DNA of 51,679 bases. It comes from Thermoclostridium sp. (GTDB lineage Bacteria; Bacillota; Clostridia; DSM-8532). Location of the stretch: positions 1 through 51,679 of the forward strand of contig DASRMZ010000009.1 of NCBI GenBank assembly GCA_035647675.1, in the 5' to 3' direction. The notes beneath the pieces were generated by a model. That model saw nothing but the letters and a program-made list of their open reading frames with translations, ran no database searches and had not been told where the DNA came from. Numbering within the stretch: position 1 is the first letter of the stretch; each line of letters begins with the position of its first letter. Position numbers and translations under genes: made by a program. This document shows, one piece after another, positions 50,864 through 51,679 of the stretch.

Positions 50864-51679
50864 ATGTCTGATTTATTAATTGATAGTTTTATTGGTTATT
50901 TTGGAGGCACAAAAGAGGAAATTAGGGCATTTAGGGCTCCTGGTAGGGTTAACCTCATAGGTGAGCATACTGATTATAACGGTGGTTTTGTTTTCCCAGC
51001 GGCATTAACCATGAGCACAACAGTCTTGGCAAGACCAAGGGCAGACAGACAGATAAACCTTATTGCAACCGACCTGAAGCAGATGGTAAACGCCGATTTG
51101 GATCATTTAGATCGCTACAAGGGCTTGAAATGGGGAAATTATCAGCTTGGTGTTGCCGATGAGCTACAAAAGGCAGGGTATTCACTGTCGGGCTGTGATC
51201 TTTTATACGAGGATAAGGTTCCATTAGGAAGTGGTTTGTCATCCTCTGCAGCAATTGAAATAGCTACCGCATTGGCTTTAGTAAGTATAGGATATGCTTC
51301 TGAAGGCATTAAAGACGATATTGATATGGTAGAATTGGCAAAAATATCACAAATAGCAGAACACAATTATGTTGGTGTTAAATGTGGGATTATGGATCAA
51401 TTCGCATCTGCAATGGGGAAGAAGGATATGGCTATATTCTTAGATTGTAGAGATTTGGACTATGAATTAGTGCCCTTAAAATTGGAAGGCCACAAAATAG
51501 TTATCTCAAACACAAATAAGAAAAGAAGGCTTAGCTCCGGAAAATATAACGAAAGAAGAAATGAATGTGAACAAGGGCTTAATATTCTTCAAAAAGTGTT
51601 GCCGGGCATTAAATTTTTAAGAGAAGTGTCAGTGCAGGATTTTTTGACACATAAAGAGCTGATAACCGATGAAGTAATT
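50864..51679 (+). CDS. galK: Galactokinase (truncated by the window end)
   Basis: GGGAGG RBS, ATG 50864; APGRVNLIGEHTDYNGGFVFP, PLGSGLSSSAA, CGIMDQF; no stop before the window end. Confidence 0.96.
   Translation, partial: MSDLLIDSFIGYFGGTKEEIRAFRAPGRVNLIGEHTDYNGGFVFPAALTMSTTVLARPRADRQINLIATDLKQMVNADLDHLDRYKGLKWGNYQLGVADELQKAGYSLSGCDLLYEDKVPLGSGLSSSAAIEIATALALVSIGYASEGIKDDIDMVELAKISQIAEHNYVGVKCGIMDQFASAMGKKDMAIFLDCRDLDYELVPLKLEGHKIVISNTNKKRRLSSGKYNERRNECEQGLNILQKVLPGIKFLREVSVQDFLTHKELITDEVI

Overview
A low-GC, mostly housekeeping chromosomal segment from a Clostridia-type Firmicute (inferred from sigH, CIRCE, L7Ae-rpsL-rpsG-fusA-tuf and metG-tatD-yabE-rsmA synteny). From left to right it carries the str operon, an ABC-F ATPase, an AraC regulator, groESL with CIRCE, coaX, an N/Q-rich protein, birA, two unusual hypothetical genes, a methanogen-type homocysteine operon (DUF39, NIL-ferredoxin, UPF0280), a ZorA/ZorB-like operon, dut, a U32 protein, zapA, tex, sigH, mutS2, metG, tatD, yabE, rsmA, an ECF transporter with two DUF62 SAM hydrolases, glutamine synthetase III, a second AraC regulator, galT and galK. 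The best candidate for an undescribed system is the operon at 19022-22541. It encodes a ZorA-like MotA protein with a long tail, a ZorB-like MotB/OmpA protein, and a TPR protein with a PPR-like motif, with none of the known Zorya effectors. The intergenic regions also contain two dispersed palindromic repeat families: a ~450-bp MITE-like element with terminal inverted repeats, a 7-bp target duplication and a ~196-nt rod hairpin, and a ~120-nt covarying double-hairpin element that also occurs in collapsed ~30-bp forms. Structured leaders lie upstream of yabE and the str operon. No rRNA, tRNA, CRISPR array or transposase was seen. All family calls come from motif recognition by eye; no database searches were run.
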